The notes below the pieces were generated by a model. The model was not told where the DNA came from. It was given only the letters and a program-made list of their open reading frames with translations, and ran no database searches. The position numbers were made by a program, and so were the translations under genes. From Candidatus Parcubacteria bacterium (GTDB lineage: Bacteria > Patescibacteriota > Minisyncoccia > UBA6257 > 2-01-FULL-56-20), in the NCBI GenBank assembly GCA_027450205.1, contig DAIDJL010000004.1:270413-319946 (forward strand): a stretch of 49,534 nucleotides of DNA, in the 5' to 3' direction. This document shows, one piece after another, positions 17,213-27,458 of this stretch (position 1 is its first letter; each line of letters begins with the position of its first letter).

Positions 17213-18484
17213 TTATTCGATTCCCTCATACTCCCTGACTGTCAACTGCGAATCCACCTGCCGCATGGTCTCCAAAGCGACCGCAACAACGATAAGAAGC
17301 GCGGTGCCGCTGATCGTAAGCACGGAAACGCCCGTAACCGACTGCACGATAATCGGCAAAATCGCAATAAGACCAAGGAATGCCGCGCCGAAGAAGGTGA
17401 TGCGGTTCACGACACCATGAAAATATTTCTCGGTGCTGTCACCAGGACGAATGCCCGGCACAAATCCTCCGCTCTGCTGAAGATTCTTGGCAACCTCTTC
17501 CGGATTGAACGTGATCGCGGTATAAAAATACGTGAAGACGAACACCAGTAAAAAGTAGAAGATGCCGTAATAAAGCTGGTTCGCCACGAAGCCTTGCGCG
17601 AAGTCGCTCACCCTGAGCCCCCATGTCGGCGAGAAGAGCACCACGATCTGCGCGAGGAACTGCGGGAAGAGCAATACCGAGATCGCGAAAATAAGCGGAA
17701 TCATGCCCGCCTGGTTCACCTTGAGCGGGAGGTAGCTCTGGGCGCCGCCGTACATCTTGGTGCCCCGTACGCGCCGCGCGTACGCAACCGGTATTTTTCG
17801 TTCGCCTTCATTAAGATACACGACGCCGGCGATGAGCAATAATCCGATGACGATGAACCCTATATATGAGGTAAGAAGCTGGGCGGTGTATGACGCGAAC
17901 GCGAGTCCGACGCTCGACGGGAGGCGGCTAATGATACCCGCCAAAATAATAAGTGAAATGCCGTTGCCTACCTTCTCCTCCGTAATGAGCTCACCGAGCC
18001 AGAGCGCGATCATGGATCCACACGTGATCACGATGACATTACGAACGAGACTGAAGGTGTCGGGCCGCGCGATAACACCCTGCGAGATGAGCAGGCTTAA
18101 AAAGCCGTATGACTGCACGAATGCGAATGGCACGGTGAGCAGGCGCGAATATTGGTTGAACTTTGCCTGGCCGCGCGCGCCCTCCTCGTAATACATCGCC
18201 TTCATCTTCGGGAAGATGATCGTCATAAGCTGCATGACGATGGTGGATGTAATGTACGGACCGACGCCAAGCATGACCACCGAAAGGTTCGCAAGGCCGC
18301 CGCCGGAAAAGAAGTTAAGGAACCCAAGGAGCTGGTTGGAGTTGAAATAGTTCTGGAGCGCCGCCGCGTCCACGCCGGGGATCGGAATGGCGGCCAGCAC
18401 GCGATATGCAACCAAAAGTCCGAGAACAATGAGTATCTTGTTCCGGAGCTCCTTTACTTTGAATATCTGTAAAAATCTTTCCAT
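17213..18484 (-). CDS. secY: Preprotein translocase SecY
   Basis: LGVGPYITSTIVMQL, WLGELITE..VGNGISL, LPLKVNQAGMIPLIFA, PGIRPG, GTALLIVV. Confidence 0.99.
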   Translation of the reverse strand: MERFLQIFKVKELRNKILIVLGLLVAYRVLAAIPIPGVDAAALQNYFNSNQLLGFLNFFSGGGLANLSVVMLGVGPYITSTIVMQLMTIIFPKMKAMYYEEGARGQAKFNQYSRLLTVPFAFVQSYGFLSLLISQGVIARPDTFSLVRNVIVITCGSMIALWLGELITEEKVGNGISLIILAGIISRLPSSVGLAFASYTAQLLTSYIGFIVIGLLLIAGVVYLNEGERKIPVAYARRVRGTKMYGGAQSYLPLKVNQAGMIPLIFAISVLLFPQFLAQIVVLFSPTWGLRVSDFAQGFVANQLYYGIFYFLLVFVFTYFYTAITFNPEEVAKNLQQSGGFVPGIRPGDSTEKYFHGVVNRITFFGAAFLGLIAILPIIVQSVTGVSVLTISGTALLIVVAVALETMRQVDSQLTVREYEGIE

Positions 18485-18512
18485 TTCTTTATCTTACATT
18501 AAACAAAGGAAG

Positions 18513-18581
18513 AAACGAATATGACCAGTCCTTTGCCGAACGGTCCATCTTGGGGAGGCAAAGGACTGGTCATATTCGTTT
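18513..18581. repeat. 25-bp perfect inverted repeat between rplO and secY (family B)
   Basis: 18513-18537 is the reverse complement of 18557-18581; 19-nt loop. Confidence 0.88.
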
Positions 18582-19023
18582 AAGATACCACCTTTCCCCC
18601 GGCCTTTTCGATCTTTTCTTTGGCGCTGGCAGACACCTCAAAACCGGTGACCGAGATCGGGAATGCGATATCCCCGGCGGCAAGGATCTTTACTTTACCC
18701 TTATAATCCTTTTTTAACAATTTTATGCTGCGCAGAAACGCATAGCCGACCTCCAGCGGTACGCCGGCCTTGACATGCGGCTTAAGGCTGTTTGAAAGCA
18801 TGCCGAGGTTGAACACGACCGGGACGTCGCGCTTGGGTTTATTGCGGAACCCCCGCATCTTCGGGATCTTAAGGATAATGTCGCGCTCCGCCGGGCGGAT
18901 ACGATGGCCTGAACGGGACCGCTGTCCTTTTACGCCGCGGCCGGAATAACTGCCGCGCTTGCCGCTGCGGCCGATACGCTGGAGGCGCTTGGCGCGAATA
19001 GGAGTTTTTGAATGAAGTTTCAT
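18580..19023 (-). CDS. rplO: 50S ribosomal protein L15
   Basis: RIGRSGKRGSYSGRGVKGQRSRSG, SASAKEKIEKAGGKV. Confidence 0.97.
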   Translation of the reverse strand: MKLHSKTPIRAKRLQRIGRSGKRGSYSGRGVKGQRSRSGHRIRPAERDIILKIPKMRGFRNKPKRDVPVVFNLGMLSNSLKPHVKAGVPLEVGYAFLRSIKLLKKDYKGKVKILAAGDIAFPISVTGFEVSASAKEKIEKAGGKVVS

Positions 19024-19045
19024 GATAGTGATAGTGGTCAGAAGG

Positions 19046-19546
19046 TTATGCCTTTAATTTCTTTAGCGCCTCAATGGTCGCCATCGCATTCGTGAGCTTG
19101 TTCGGCGTACGGCCAAGGATCTTTGCCGTTGCGTCCTTGATGCCGGCGAACGCAAGCACAAAACGCACCGAACCGCCGGCGCGGAGGCCATGCCCCTTGC
19201 TGGCCGGCTTGATCATCACCTTGGCGGCGCTGTACTTCGCGTTCACCTCGTGCGCGATGGTGCGGCCGTCCTTAAGGCTGATCGTCAAAAGATTCTTCTT
19301 TGCGTCGGCTTTTGCCTTTGCCACTGCCTGCTGGACGTCAAGACCTTTCGCCACGCCGATGCCGATGCGGCCGCGCTCGTCGCCGATCACGATCGTGACG
19401 CGGAAACGGAAGCGCTTGCCTCCGGCGACGACGCGGGTCACGCGGCGATTGTCCAGCACGCGCTCTTTGAACTCCTCGCGCACCACAGGGCGATCGCGAT
19501 CCGGCCGTCTATTGAATGTTCTTGGCGATGATGTCTTTTCTGCCAT
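19046..19546 (-). CDS. rpsE: 30S ribosomal protein S5
   Basis: RVTRVVAGGKRFRF, PASKGHGLRAGGSVR. Confidence 0.98.
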   Translation of the reverse strand: MAEKTSSPRTFNRRPDRDRPVVREEFKERVLDNRRVTRVVAGGKRFRFRVTIVIGDERGRIGIGVAKGLDVQQAVAKAKADAKKNLLTISLKDGRTIAHEVNAKYSAAKVMIKPASKGHGLRAGGSVRFVLAFAGIKDATAKILGRTPNKLTNAMATIEALKKLKA

Positions 19547-19550
19547 GATT

Positions 19551-19922
19551 TTATATAGTAAGTCCGCCTTTTTTTGCTCCATCGACGAAGCTCTTTACCC
19601 GGCCGTGGAACTTATAAGAGCGGCGATCGAACACTGCGGATTTGATGCCCAGCTCCCCTGCTTTCTTTCCGATGAATTCGCCGACGGAAAACGCGTCCGC
19701 GGTTTTATTCCCTTTAACCGCTCCCTTTGCAGCCTTCTCCATAGCAAAGCTCGATGCAGAAAGAAGCGTATTCCCCTTTACATCATCAATAAGTTGCGCG
19801 TAGAAATAGCGGTTACTGCGTCGTACGGCAAGGCGCGGGCGCACCGCGGTGCCGGAAATCGCGGCGCGAACGCGTGCAACGCGGCGGATCCTTTTTTGGT
19901 TGAGTTTCTTTTTTGCTTTCAT
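19551..19922 (-). CDS. rplR: 50S ribosomal protein L18
   Basis: RPRLAVRRSN, FDRRSYKFHGRVK. Confidence 0.98.
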   Translation of the reverse strand: MKAKKKLNQKRIRRVARVRAAISGTAVRPRLAVRRSNRYFYAQLIDDVKGNTLLSASSFAMEKAAKGAVKGNKTADAFSVGEFIGKKAGELGIKSAVFDRRSYKFHGRVKSFVDGAKKGGLTI

Positions 19923-19939
19923 GGAAATGGATAATGATA

Positions 19940-20482
19940 TTATGCCGCAGCGGCGCCAGCCTTCTTACCAACCTTTCTGCGGATGACCTCGCCCTGATAA
20001 TGTATGCCCTTGCCCTTGTATGGCTCCGGTTTCTTAAGTGCGCGGATCTCTGCAGCAGCCTGGCCGACGGCGTCTTTATCAATGCCGGTCACCTTGATGA
20101 TGTTCTTATCAACCGTGATCGCAACATTCTCCGGGATCGGCAAACGGACCGGCAGTGCGTATCCCAGGAAAAGCACGAGCTCCTTCCCTTCCACCGTGGC
20201 GCGATAACCGACGCCTTCAATCTCAAGGATCTTGGTGAATCCGATGGTCACGCCTTCGATCGCATTCTTTGCAAGCGACCAGATCGTTCCCTGGAGAGCG
20301 GTCGTCTTTATTTCCGGCGCGGCGCTGACCCAAAAGTTCCCGCCCTCGGTCCTGACATCAACTCCGGCGGGAAGCGCTATTTTCAACTCCCCTTTCGGCC
20401 CTTTGATCGTCAATATACCGCCATTCTGGACGAGGGTCGCGCCTTCGGTGATCGCAATAGGTTTTTTGATAAGTCGGCTCAT
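19940..20482 (-). CDS. rplF: 50S ribosomal protein L6
   Basis: MSRLIKKPI, IEGVGYRA, PEPYKGKGI. Confidence 0.98.
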   Translation of the reverse strand: MSRLIKKPIAITEGATLVQNGGILTIKGPKGELKIALPAGVDVRTEGGNFWVSAAPEIKTTALQGTIWSLAKNAIEGVTIGFTKILEIEGVGYRATVEGKELVLFLGYALPVRLPIPENVAITVDKNIIKVTGIDKDAVGQAAAEIRALKKPEPYKGKGIHYQGEVIRRKVGKKAGAAAA

Positions 20483-20498
20483 GGGATTCAGTGATAAA

Positions 20499-20879
20499 TT
20501 ACCAGATTTCAAAAAGATATTCTCCGCCGACCTTCTGTTTTTTCGCCTCGGAACCGGTCATAATGCCCTTCGAGGTCGAAAGCATGGAAAGCCCGTGGCC
20601 CCGCTTGACCGTCGGAAGGCTGCGATAGTCCGCATACGTATGGCGGCTCGGCTTGCTCATGATCTTGAAATCGTTTACCGCCGCTTCTTTGTTTTTATAG
20701 GCAAGGCGCACTACGATCATGCTTTTCTTTCCCACCGCCTCCTTTTCCGCGCTTTTAACATACCCGTGCTCAACAAGTTTTGTGAGTATCGCAAAATCCA
20801 TCTTCGTGAACGGGAAGGTTATTTTGTCTTTCTTTGCCCGTGTGGCATTTTTAAGTTCGGAAAGGATGTTGTAGTGCAT
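20499..20879 (-). CDS. rpsH: 30S ribosomal protein S8
   Basis: SKPSR, LSTSKGIMT, VGGEYL. Confidence 0.97.
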   Translation of the reverse strand: MHYNILSELKNATRAKKDKITFPFTKMDFAILTKLVEHGYVKSAEKEAVGKKSMIVVRLAYKNKEAAVNDFKIMSKPSRHTYADYRSLPTVKRGHGLSMLSTSKGIMTGSEAKKQKVGGEYLFEIW

Positions 20880-20883
20880 AAGA

Positions 20884-21069
20884 TTACCAGCTGGCTTTCT
20901 TTATTCCCGGGATCTGCTGAGCAGTCGCCATTTCACGGAAGCAGATGCGGCAGAGCCCGAAGTCGCGCATATAGCCGCGCTTGCGACCGCAACGGAAACA
21001 GCGCCGCACGATGCGGGTGGAATACTTTGGTCGCTTTTTGCTTCGCGCGATGACGGACTCTTTTGCCAT
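20884..21069 (-). CDS. rpsN: 30S ribosomal protein S14, zinc-binding type
   Basis: RCFRCGRKRGYMRDFGLCRICFRE...KASW. Confidence 0.98.
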   Translation of the reverse strand: MAKESVIARSKKRPKYSTRIVRRCFRCGRKRGYMRDFGLCRICFREMATAQQIPGIKKASW

Positions 21070-21070
21070 A

Positions 21071-21619
21071 TTATTTCTTCTTTCGCTTTCCTTTTGCCGC
21101 CGGCGCCTCTTTTTTCATCGGCACGCCGAACGCGGCGAATTTCTCCACCGACCTCTCGCGGCTCCTCGTCTTCGGCACAATGCTTACACCGATCGAGAAC
21201 GATACCGGGGACTTTTCCGGAGATATCTCCGGGAACACCAGGTGGTCGCGGACACCTACATTAAGGGTGCCGCCCTGATCGATCGCGGAATGCTCCAAAC
21301 CGGCAAAGTCTCGAACGCGAGGTAACACTATTGTAATCAATCGCTCAAAAAAATCAACCGCTTTCTCGCGGCGCAGCGTCACGCGAAGACCCACGATCTG
21401 CCCCTCGCGCACTTTAAATCCGGCGATGGATTCCTTCGCTTTACGGAGCTGCGGCTGCTGGCCGGTGATCGCGGCAATGTCACGCATCACCTGCGGAAGG
21501 ATCTTTTCCTCAAAGTTCGGCTGCTGGCCAAGGCGGCCGACGCCCGCGTCAACGACGACCTTCTCCACGAAGGCGCGCATTGCTTTTCTATCGGTATGTG
21601 TTTTTTTGATTTCAGCCAT
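21071..21619 (-). CDS. rplE: 50S ribosomal protein L5
   Basis: ITGQQP...AKESIAGFKVREG, LPRVRDFAG. Confidence 0.98.
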   Translation of the reverse strand: MAEIKKTHTDRKAMRAFVEKVVVDAGVGRLGQQPNFEEKILPQVMRDIAAITGQQPQLRKAKESIAGFKVREGQIVGLRVTLRREKAVDFFERLITIVLPRVRDFAGLEHSAIDQGGTLNVGVRDHLVFPEISPEKSPVSFSIGVSIVPKTRSRERSVEKFAAFGVPMKKEAPAAKGKRKKK

Positions 21620-21634
21620 GGCCGTATTATTTAT

Positions 21635-21946
21635 TTAGAGCGTTGCCTTGCATTTTTTGCAATAGCGGACCTTGCGATTGCCCTCCATGCGGCCACCGAT
21701 ACGGGTCGGTGCTTTGCAGTTCGGACAGATGATCATAACCTTGGAAACGGCGAGTGGGCGCGATACCGCGACGACCTGGCCCTTTTCTCCCTGCTTGCGC
21801 GGCTTTGAACGCTTTTTGAACACGTTCAATCCGTCGATCTGGATGCGGTCATCTTCCGGGAACGCCTTTAAAACCACCCCGGTCTTTCCGCGGTCTTTTC
21901 CCGATAAGATCTTTACGTTGTCTCCTTTCTTGAGTTTCATGGCCAA
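21635..21946 (-). CDS. rplX: 50S ribosomal protein L24
   Basis: KKGDNVKILSGKDRGKTG KOW motif. Confidence 0.98.
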   Translation of the reverse strand: MAMKLKKGDNVKILSGKDRGKTGVVLKAFPEDDRIQIDGLNVFKKRSKPRKQGEKGQVVAVSRPLAVSKVMIICPNCKAPTRIGGRMEGNRKVRYCKKCKATL

Positions 21947-21959
21947 ATAATATTAGTTA

Positions 21960-22328
21960 TTAAACGATTTCTTCCGCCATGGTCATTAATTTTTCATAAC
22001 CCCTCTCTTTGAGCTCGCGCGGAAGCGGGCCGAAGATACGGGTCGCCACCGGCTCCTTTTTGGCATCGATCAGAATGACCGCATTCTCGTCAAAACGGAC
22101 ATAGGAACCGTCTTTCCGGCGAAGCGCGCTCTTGGTGCGAACCACCATTACCTTCACAACATCTTTCTTCTTTACCGTTTTGCGCGGCTCCGCGCTCTGC
22201 ACGGACGCGACAATGATATCCCCCACGCCCGCGTAACGGTGATGCGTACCGCCAAGAATGCGGAAACACCGCACCACCTTGGCGCCGCTGTTATCCGCAA
22301 CTTTGATTACCGATCGTTCTTGTATCAT
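21960..22328 (-). CDS. rplN: 50S ribosomal protein L14
   Basis: MIQ...VADNSGAK, RFDENAV, TRIFGP. Confidence 0.99.
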   Translation of the reverse strand: MIQERSVIKVADNSGAKVVRCFRILGGTHHRYAGVGDIIVASVQSAEPRKTVKKKDVVKVMVVRTKSALRRKDGSYVRFDENAVILIDAKKEPVATRIFGPLPRELKERGYEKLMTMAEEIV

Positions 22329-22347
22329 ACCAGAAAAATTATAGTGA

Positions 22348-22605
22348 TTATGCGATCTTATTTATGATCCTCCAGCGCTTTTCGCGCGAGAGCGGGCGGG
22401 ATTCCTCGATGGTCACCTTGTCTCCCATCTTATATTCATTATTCTCATCGTGCGCCTTGAACTTGGTCGTCACCTTATAGTACTTGAGATACTTCGGGTG
22501 CTTCTTAAGGCTCGCAACCGCAACCACGCGCGTCTTCATCATCTTATCCGAGACGACAACGCCGATGATCTTCCTTATTTTTTTGGTTTTTGGAGTCTGT
22601 GCCAT
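22348..22605 (-). CDS. rpsQ: 30S ribosomal protein S17
   Basis: [28 protein letters not shown]. Confidence 0.98.
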   Translation of the reverse strand: MAQTPKTKKIRKIIGVVVSDKMMKTRVVAVASLKKHPKYLKYYKVTTKFKAHDENNEYKMGDKVTIEESRPLSREKRWRIINKIA

Positions 22606-22609
22606 AATA

Positions 22610-22813
22610 TTATGCTTTTGATGCCTGTTGCCGTATGAATGTTTTCGCGCGGGCGATCCCGCGGCGCGTCTGATGAAGCTCGTTCACATTCTTCACTTTT
22701 CCGGCCGCAAGGTCAAATCGCAATGTCCGCAACTTCTCAGCCGAATCAAGCACTATGCGCTCGAGTTCGCCAAGTGACTTGTTCTTCATTTCTTGTACTT
22801 CTTTTTTCTTCAT
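22610..22813 (-). CDS. rpmC: 50S ribosomal protein L29
   Basis: [12 protein letters not shown]...RRGIARAKT; located between rplP and rpsQ. Confidence 0.96.
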   Translation of the reverse strand: MKKKEVQEMKNKSLGELERIVLDSAEKLRTLRFDLAAGKVKNVNELHQTRRGIARAKTFIRQQASKA

Positions 22814-22830
22814 GGCTCTTTGGTGAAAAA

Positions 22831-23241
22831 TTATTTTACGATGACGCGGGTTTTTACCGGAAGCTTGAATGATGCAAGACGCAACGCTTCCTTGGCGCGC
22901 ACAAGCGTCACTCCGTCGATCTCGAACAGCACGCGGCCCGGTTTTACCGGAAACACATAGTGGTCAACGGATCCCTTTCCGCCTCCAAGTGTCTTTTCCG
23001 GCGCCTGCTGCGTGATCGGCTTGTCGGGGAATATACGGATCCAAAGGCGTCCATCACGCTTGAGGTAGTTCGTGATCGTCTTGCGCGCCGCTTCGATCTG
23101 GCGGGAATTCACCCATGCCGACTCCGTGGACTTCAATCCAAAAGAACCATAGCTCAACGCAAGCCCGCGCGTTTCAACCGTGCGCTTGCGGGAGCGTCCC
23201 TTTTGCCACTTGCGATGTTTTACTTTCTTTGGAAGAAGCAT
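22831..23241 (-). CDS. rplP: 50S ribosomal protein L16
   Basis: MLLPKKVKHRK, RQIEAAR, WIRIFPDKP. Confidence 0.99.
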   Translation of the reverse strand: MLLPKKVKHRKWQKGRSRKRTVETRGLALSYGSFGLKSTESAWVNSRQIEAARKTITNYLKRDGRLWIRIFPDKPITQQAPEKTLGGGKGSVDHYVFPVKPGRVLFEIDGVTLVRAKEALRLASFKLPVKTRVIVK

Positions 23242-23258
23242 GGTTTTTTAATCAAATA

Positions 23259-23978
23259 TTAATAGTTGGATGGAGCACGGCGGCGCGATTGGCGGCCGGC
23301 CTCTTCCTCCTGTTCCTTGGTGACTTTTTTGAAAACCTCTCCTTTATATATCCAAACACGGATACCGATCGTGCCGTACGTGGTGAACGCGGTCGCGGTG
23401 CCGTAATCGATGTCGGCGCGGAGCGTCTGCAGCGGCAAAGAACCTTTTGAAAGATGCTCATTGCGCGCGATCTCGTTCCCGTCCAGGCGGCCCTTCATTA
23501 AGATCTTCGCACCTTTGACATCGCGATTCTGCAAGATCTGCTCCAAATACTTCTTCATGGTGCGGCGGAAGCGGATACGCTTCTCCAGATCCCATGCGAT
23601 CTGCTGAGCAGTATAGCGGGCAGAAACATCCGAGCGCTTCAATTCCTCTACGTTCAAACTGAGCGCAACCTTGGAGCGGGTCTTGCGCACCTTCATGAGC
23701 GCGTCGACGACCGCCTTATTGAGATCTTCCATTCCTTTTCCTCCGCGGCCGATGATAAGGCCCGGCCGGGCGGCGCGGATGAACACGCGAAGGTTGCCCT
23801 GCGTGCGCTCGATCTCAATGGCGGCGACACCGGCAAGCGCGATCTTTTCATTGATCGTATTGCGGATCGCTTCGTCCTCTTCGAGGAATTTTGCATAGCC
23901 GCCCTTAAGGAACCAGCGTACGGGCCAGCCTTTTGAAACTCCCAAGCGATATGAATTTGGATTGATCTTTTGTCCCAT
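23259..23978 (-). CDS. rpsC: 30S ribosomal protein S3
   Basis: MGQKINP, RPGLIIGRGG, PLQTLRADIDY. Confidence 0.99.
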   Translation of the reverse strand: MGQKINPNSYRLGVSKGWPVRWFLKGGYAKFLEEDEAIRNTINEKIALAGVAAIEIERTQGNLRVFIRAARPGLIIGRGGKGMEDLNKAVVDALMKVRKTRSKVALSLNVEELKRSDVSARYTAQQIAWDLEKRIRFRRTMKKYLEQILQNRDVKGAKILMKGRLDGNEIARNEHLSKGSLPLQTLRADIDYGTATAFTTYGTIGIRVWIYKGEVFKKVTKEQEEEAGRQSRRRAPSNY

Positions 23979-23984
23979 GATATT

Positions 23985-24497
23985 TTATTCGCCTACCACC
24001 TTACGTCCGAACCGGCGCTTCCAGAATCCGGGGGTCTGCTTCGATCTCGGCGCTTCCTTCTCGGGAGTCTTTGGTTTCTTTGTTTTTGAACGCACATCCT
24101 CGCCCGGCGGGAGTTTCGTCTTCTTCGGCGGCACGATCGTAAAGCGCGACTTCAACTTTTCGTTGACACCCAGAACCATCGTGACATGGCTCATCTTTTT
24201 CTGAATGGGAGACGCGCTGCCGCGCGCGCGGGGAAGCATCCGCTTCAACATCGGGCCGCCGTCAACACGGACGCTCGAAACGAAAAGATGCTGAGGGTCA
24301 ACGGTCTTGCTATTTTTAGCATTCGCGACAGCCGAACGCAAGAGTTTCAACAGCACCTTTGAAGGCCGCCGCGTCTGCACGATCAATTGCGCTTCGGCTT
24401 CGTTCACCGGCAAACCTTTTATAAGGTCACCAACGCTGCGCACTTTGCGGGGCGCCTGGCGAAGGAAACTAAGTTTTGCGGTGTATTGCTTTTCCAT
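23985..24497 (-). CDS. rplV: 50S ribosomal protein L22 with basic C-terminal extension
   Basis: APRKVR, LLRSAVANA, PRARGSA. Confidence 0.98.
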   Translation of the reverse strand: MEKQYTAKLSFLRQAPRKVRSVGDLIKGLPVNEAEAQLIVQTRRPSKVLLKLLRSAVANAKNSKTVDPQHLFVSSVRVDGGPMLKRMLPRARGSASPIQKKMSHVTMVLGVNEKLKSRFTIVPPKKTKLPPGEDVRSKTKKPKTPEKEAPRSKQTPGFWKRRFGRKVVGE

Positions 24498-24502
24498 GGT
24501 TT

Positions 24503-24841
24503 TTATTTCTTAGCAGGCGCTGCCTTTGCGGCGGCGGCCTGGGTCTTGGCGGTCTCGGTAGCCTTTATCTCAAGCTCCTTCTGCATCTTGCCGCCGTGGC
24601 GGATGAACTTGCGGGTCGGGGAAAATTCTCCGAGGCGATGGCCAATCATTTCTTCCGTCACGCGCACTTCAACGTGCGTGCGGCCGTTGTGAACGCCAAA
24701 AACCTGTCCGACGAATTCCGGTGCGATCTCCGATGCGCGGGACCAGGTCTTGATGACCGTGCCGCTGCCGGACTTGGTATTCAAAACCTTCTTCATAAGC
24801 TTCGGATCGACGAACGGGCCTTTTTTGAGTGAACGTGACAT
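24503..24841 (-). CDS. rpsS: 30S ribosomal protein S19
   Basis: [23 protein letters not shown]. Confidence 0.99.
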   Translation of the reverse strand: MSRSLKKGPFVDPKLMKKVLNTKSGSGTVIKTWSRASEIAPEFVGQVFGVHNGRTHVEVRVTEEMIGHRLGEFSPTRKFIRHGGKMQKELEIKATETAKTQAAAAKAAPAKK

Positions 24842-24858
24842 GGTAGTAAGGTTAAAAA

Positions 24859-25707
24859 CTATTTATTGTTGCGATTGCGAATGCTGACGCGCCGCTTGAC
24901 GATGAATTGGCTCGACCGCTTCTTCTTATTGCGTGTCTTATGACCGCCGGTAACCTTGCCCCAAAGGGTCTTCGGTTTGCGGGTACCGCGCGGCTGTGCG
25001 CCCTCACCGCCTCCGTACGGATGATCTACCGGATTCATGGCGCTGCCGCGGACCGTCGGACGGATACCCATCCAGCGCGAGCGGCCGGCCTTGCCAAAAT
25101 TCACGAGCGACCACTCCGAGTTGGAAACCTGTCCGAGCGATGCAAGGCAGGTCCACAATACGCGGCGAACTTCGCCGGAGTTGAGCTTAAGATCGGTATA
25201 GCCGTCGGCATTCGCAAGAACCTCCAGATACGCGCCGGCGGAACGCGCCAATTGGCCGCCGCGGCCCGGCGTCATTTCAACATTATAAACCTGCTGGCCT
25301 ACCGGAATATTCTTGAGCTGCATGCGATTACCGCTCTTGACCGGCGCCGCCTCCGCGGTGATGATCTCGTCCCCTGCCTTCATTTTCTCCGGAGCCAAAA
25401 TATACGCCCTCGCACCATCGGCATACTTTATGAGCGCGATGAACGCGGTGCGATACGGATCGTACTCGATCGTTTCCACGACCGCCTTTTGATCCATGCG
25501 GTTCTGCTTAAAATCGATCATGCGATAAAGCTTCTTGTTGCCGCCTCCCTGGTGGCGGACAGTGATGCGGCCCGCGGAGTTGCGCCCGGAATTTGATTTC
25601 AGCCGCGTAACGAGGGGTTTGTAAGGACGCGCGCCCTTGGTGAGGGTGCTGTAGTCAGAAGACGTCATATTGCGCCGTGAAGCGCTTGTAGGCTTGAAAC
25701 TTTTCAT
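24859..25707 (-). CDS. rplB: 50S ribosomal protein L2
   Basis: [35 protein letters not shown]. Confidence 0.99.
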   Translation of the reverse strand: MKSFKPTSASRRNMTSSDYSTLTKGARPYKPLVTRLKSNSGRNSAGRITVRHQGGGNKKLYRMIDFKQNRMDQKAVVETIEYDPYRTAFIALIKYADGARAYILAPEKMKAGDEIITAEAAPVKSGNRMQLKNIPVGQQVYNVEMTPGRGGQLARSAGAYLEVLANADGYTDLKLNSGEVRRVLWTCLASLGQVSNSEWSLVNFGKAGRSRWMGIRPTVRGSAMNPVDHPYGGGEGAQPRGTRKPKTLWGKVTGGHKTRNKKKRSSQFIVKRRVSIRNRNNK

Positions 25708-25714
25708 TACCTTA

Positions 25715-25993
25715 TTAATTCAGGTCTATTTTTTGTCCTTCTTTGATGGTGACGATCGCCTTGCGGTGTCCCTGGGTCTTGCCTTTGATGCCGCGGCCGG
25801 AACGTTTTGTTTTTCCGACGCGATTCAAAATATTCACGGAGAGCGCATCTACCTTATAGAGTGCGTGGACCGCCTTTTTGACCTCCGGCTTCGTCGCCCC
25901 GGATTTTACCAAAAAAACATACTGATTGGAAGCGGTCAGCTTTGTGGCTTTTTCGGTGATCCACGGTTTCTTGATGAGAAGGGGGTCGGTCAT
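25715..25993 (-). CDS. rplW: 50S ribosomal protein L23
   Basis: KPWITEKA, ATKPEVKKAV, KAIVTIKEG; true start ATG 25993. Confidence 0.97.
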   Translation of the reverse strand: MTDPLLIKKPWITEKATKLTASNQYVFLVKSGATKPEVKKAVHALYKVDALSVNILNRVGKTKRSGRGIKGKTQGHRKAIVTIKEGQKIDLN

Positions 25994-26003
25994 GAAAATA
26001 ATA

Positions 26004-26648
26004 TTAGATCTTATAGTGCTTTTCGATGGTAGCGACCACGTCCTTGTCGATAAAGAGGTTCTTGTGGTTGATGATATCAAAAATATTGAGCGAACCTGCC
26101 TCAATGACCTTCGTCTTTTGAAGGTTGTTCGTGGCACGGAACAGGTTCTTGTTCGTATTGTCCGAAACGAGCAAAACGTCAAAACGCTTATCGCCCTTGC
26201 GCGGCGCCAGGATCGCCTTCAATGCCGTTGCAACATGCTTTGTCTTCGGCGCTTCCAGAACAAGGCTATCAAACACCTTGACCTCACCATCTTTGGCTTT
26301 CTTGGAAAGCACGGAAAAGAGCGCGACACGCTTCATCTTTTTGTTCACCTTTTGTGAATAATCCTTATCGTTGCGAGGACCATGAGCCTTTCCACCACCT
26401 ACCCAGATCGGGGAGCGGGTGGAGCCGTGACGCGCGCGGCCGGTGCCTTTCTGCCTCCACGGCTTCTTGCCGCCGCCGCGCACTTCGCTGCGATCTTTCA
26501 CGTGCGCCCACGGCGCGCGCGCGTTCGCGAGCTGTGCTTCCAATACCTGTTTCACGAGCGCCGCATTCCACTTTGCGCCAAAAACCTCCGCCGGTAATTC
26601 CATCGTTCCCACCACTTCGTTCTTTAAATTATAGACGTCGGCCTTCAT
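26004..26648 (-). CDS. rplD: 50S ribosomal protein L4
   Basis: RSEVRGGGKKPWRQKGTGRARHGS. Confidence 0.99.
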   Translation of the reverse strand: MKADVYNLKNEVVGTMELPAEVFGAKWNAALVKQVLEAQLANARAPWAHVKDRSEVRGGGKKPWRQKGTGRARHGSTRSPIWVGGGKAHGPRNDKDYSQKVNKKMKRVALFSVLSKKAKDGEVKVFDSLVLEAPKTKHVATALKAILAPRKGDKRFDVLLVSDNTNKNLFRATNNLQKTKVIEAGSLNIFDIINHKNLFIDKDVVATIEKHYKI

Positions 26649-26649
26649 G

Positions 26650-27213
26650 TTATTTCGTATTTGAAATTTCGATCAATCCGCCGCGATTGCCCGGCACCGC
26701 GCCGCGCAGGAAAAGCAGATTATTCTCTTTGTCTATCGCCGCAATGACGAGATTCTTTATGGTGACGCGCTCGGTGCCCATGTGTCCGGCCATACGACGG
26801 CCCGGGACGACACGCTGGAATGCGGTGGAACCGATGGAGCCGGGGTGGCGGTGGCGATTCTTCTGGCCGTGCGTCTTCGGACCGCCGCGGAAGTTATAAC
26901 GCTTGACGACACCCTGGAACCCGCGTCCCTTGGTTATGCCACTCACGCGCACTTTGTCCCCTTCTACAAACGAATCGACGCCGATCATGTCATCGAGCTT
27001 AAGTGCGGCAACGTCCACCTTTTGATTCGGGCGGTTCTTAAACTCACGCTTTTTCTTGCCCAACGTCAGCTGAACGGCCTCGTAGCCGTCGCGTTCCGCG
27101 GTACGCAAAATCGAAACCTTGTTGGGTTCCGCTTGGACGACCGTAACCGGAACGACTTTGCCGTCCTTCCAGATCTGCGTCATTTTAAGTTTTTTGCCTA
27201 ATATATATGACAT
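26650..27213 (-). CDS. rplC: 50S ribosomal protein L3
   Basis: ILGKKLKMTQ, KGRGFQGVVKR, RHPGSIG, MAGHMG. Confidence 0.99.
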   Translation of the reverse strand: MSYILGKKLKMTQIWKDGKVVPVTVVQAEPNKVSILRTAERDGYEAVQLTLGKKKREFKNRPNQKVDVAALKLDDMIGVDSFVEGDKVRVSGITKGRGFQGVVKRYNFRGGPKTHGQKNRHRHPGSIGSTAFQRVVPGRRMAGHMGTERVTIKNLVIAAIDKENNLLFLRGAVPGNRGGLIEISNTK

Positions 27214-27267
27214 TTTCTTGATCGTCCGGTGGGATACTCCTTTGAATGAGTACGTGCGGAATCCAGT

Positions 27268-27452
27268 AAAAAATAATTAACTCCGGGGTCGAATCCCGGA
27301 GTTTTTAGCACAATCAACCGACCCACCCCGCTTTTATACGGGATCCAGAGAAAACGGCGACCGTTTTTCTGCGCCTGGCCCGCGAACACATTTCGCGTTC
27401 GTAGCCGAGGCAAAAGGGAGATATTGCATAAAAACTAACCGAGCAAACCTTG
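27268..27452 (-). ncRNA. Structured RNA upstream of rplC (attenuating leader or 6S-like RNA)
   Basis: End-to-end pairing AGUUUUUA/UAAAAACU and UGCAAU/AUUGUG, internal hairpins, and an alternative AACUCCGGG/CCCGGAGUU hairpin followed by a U-rich tract. Confidence 0.5.
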
Positions 27453-27458
27453 ATGACG

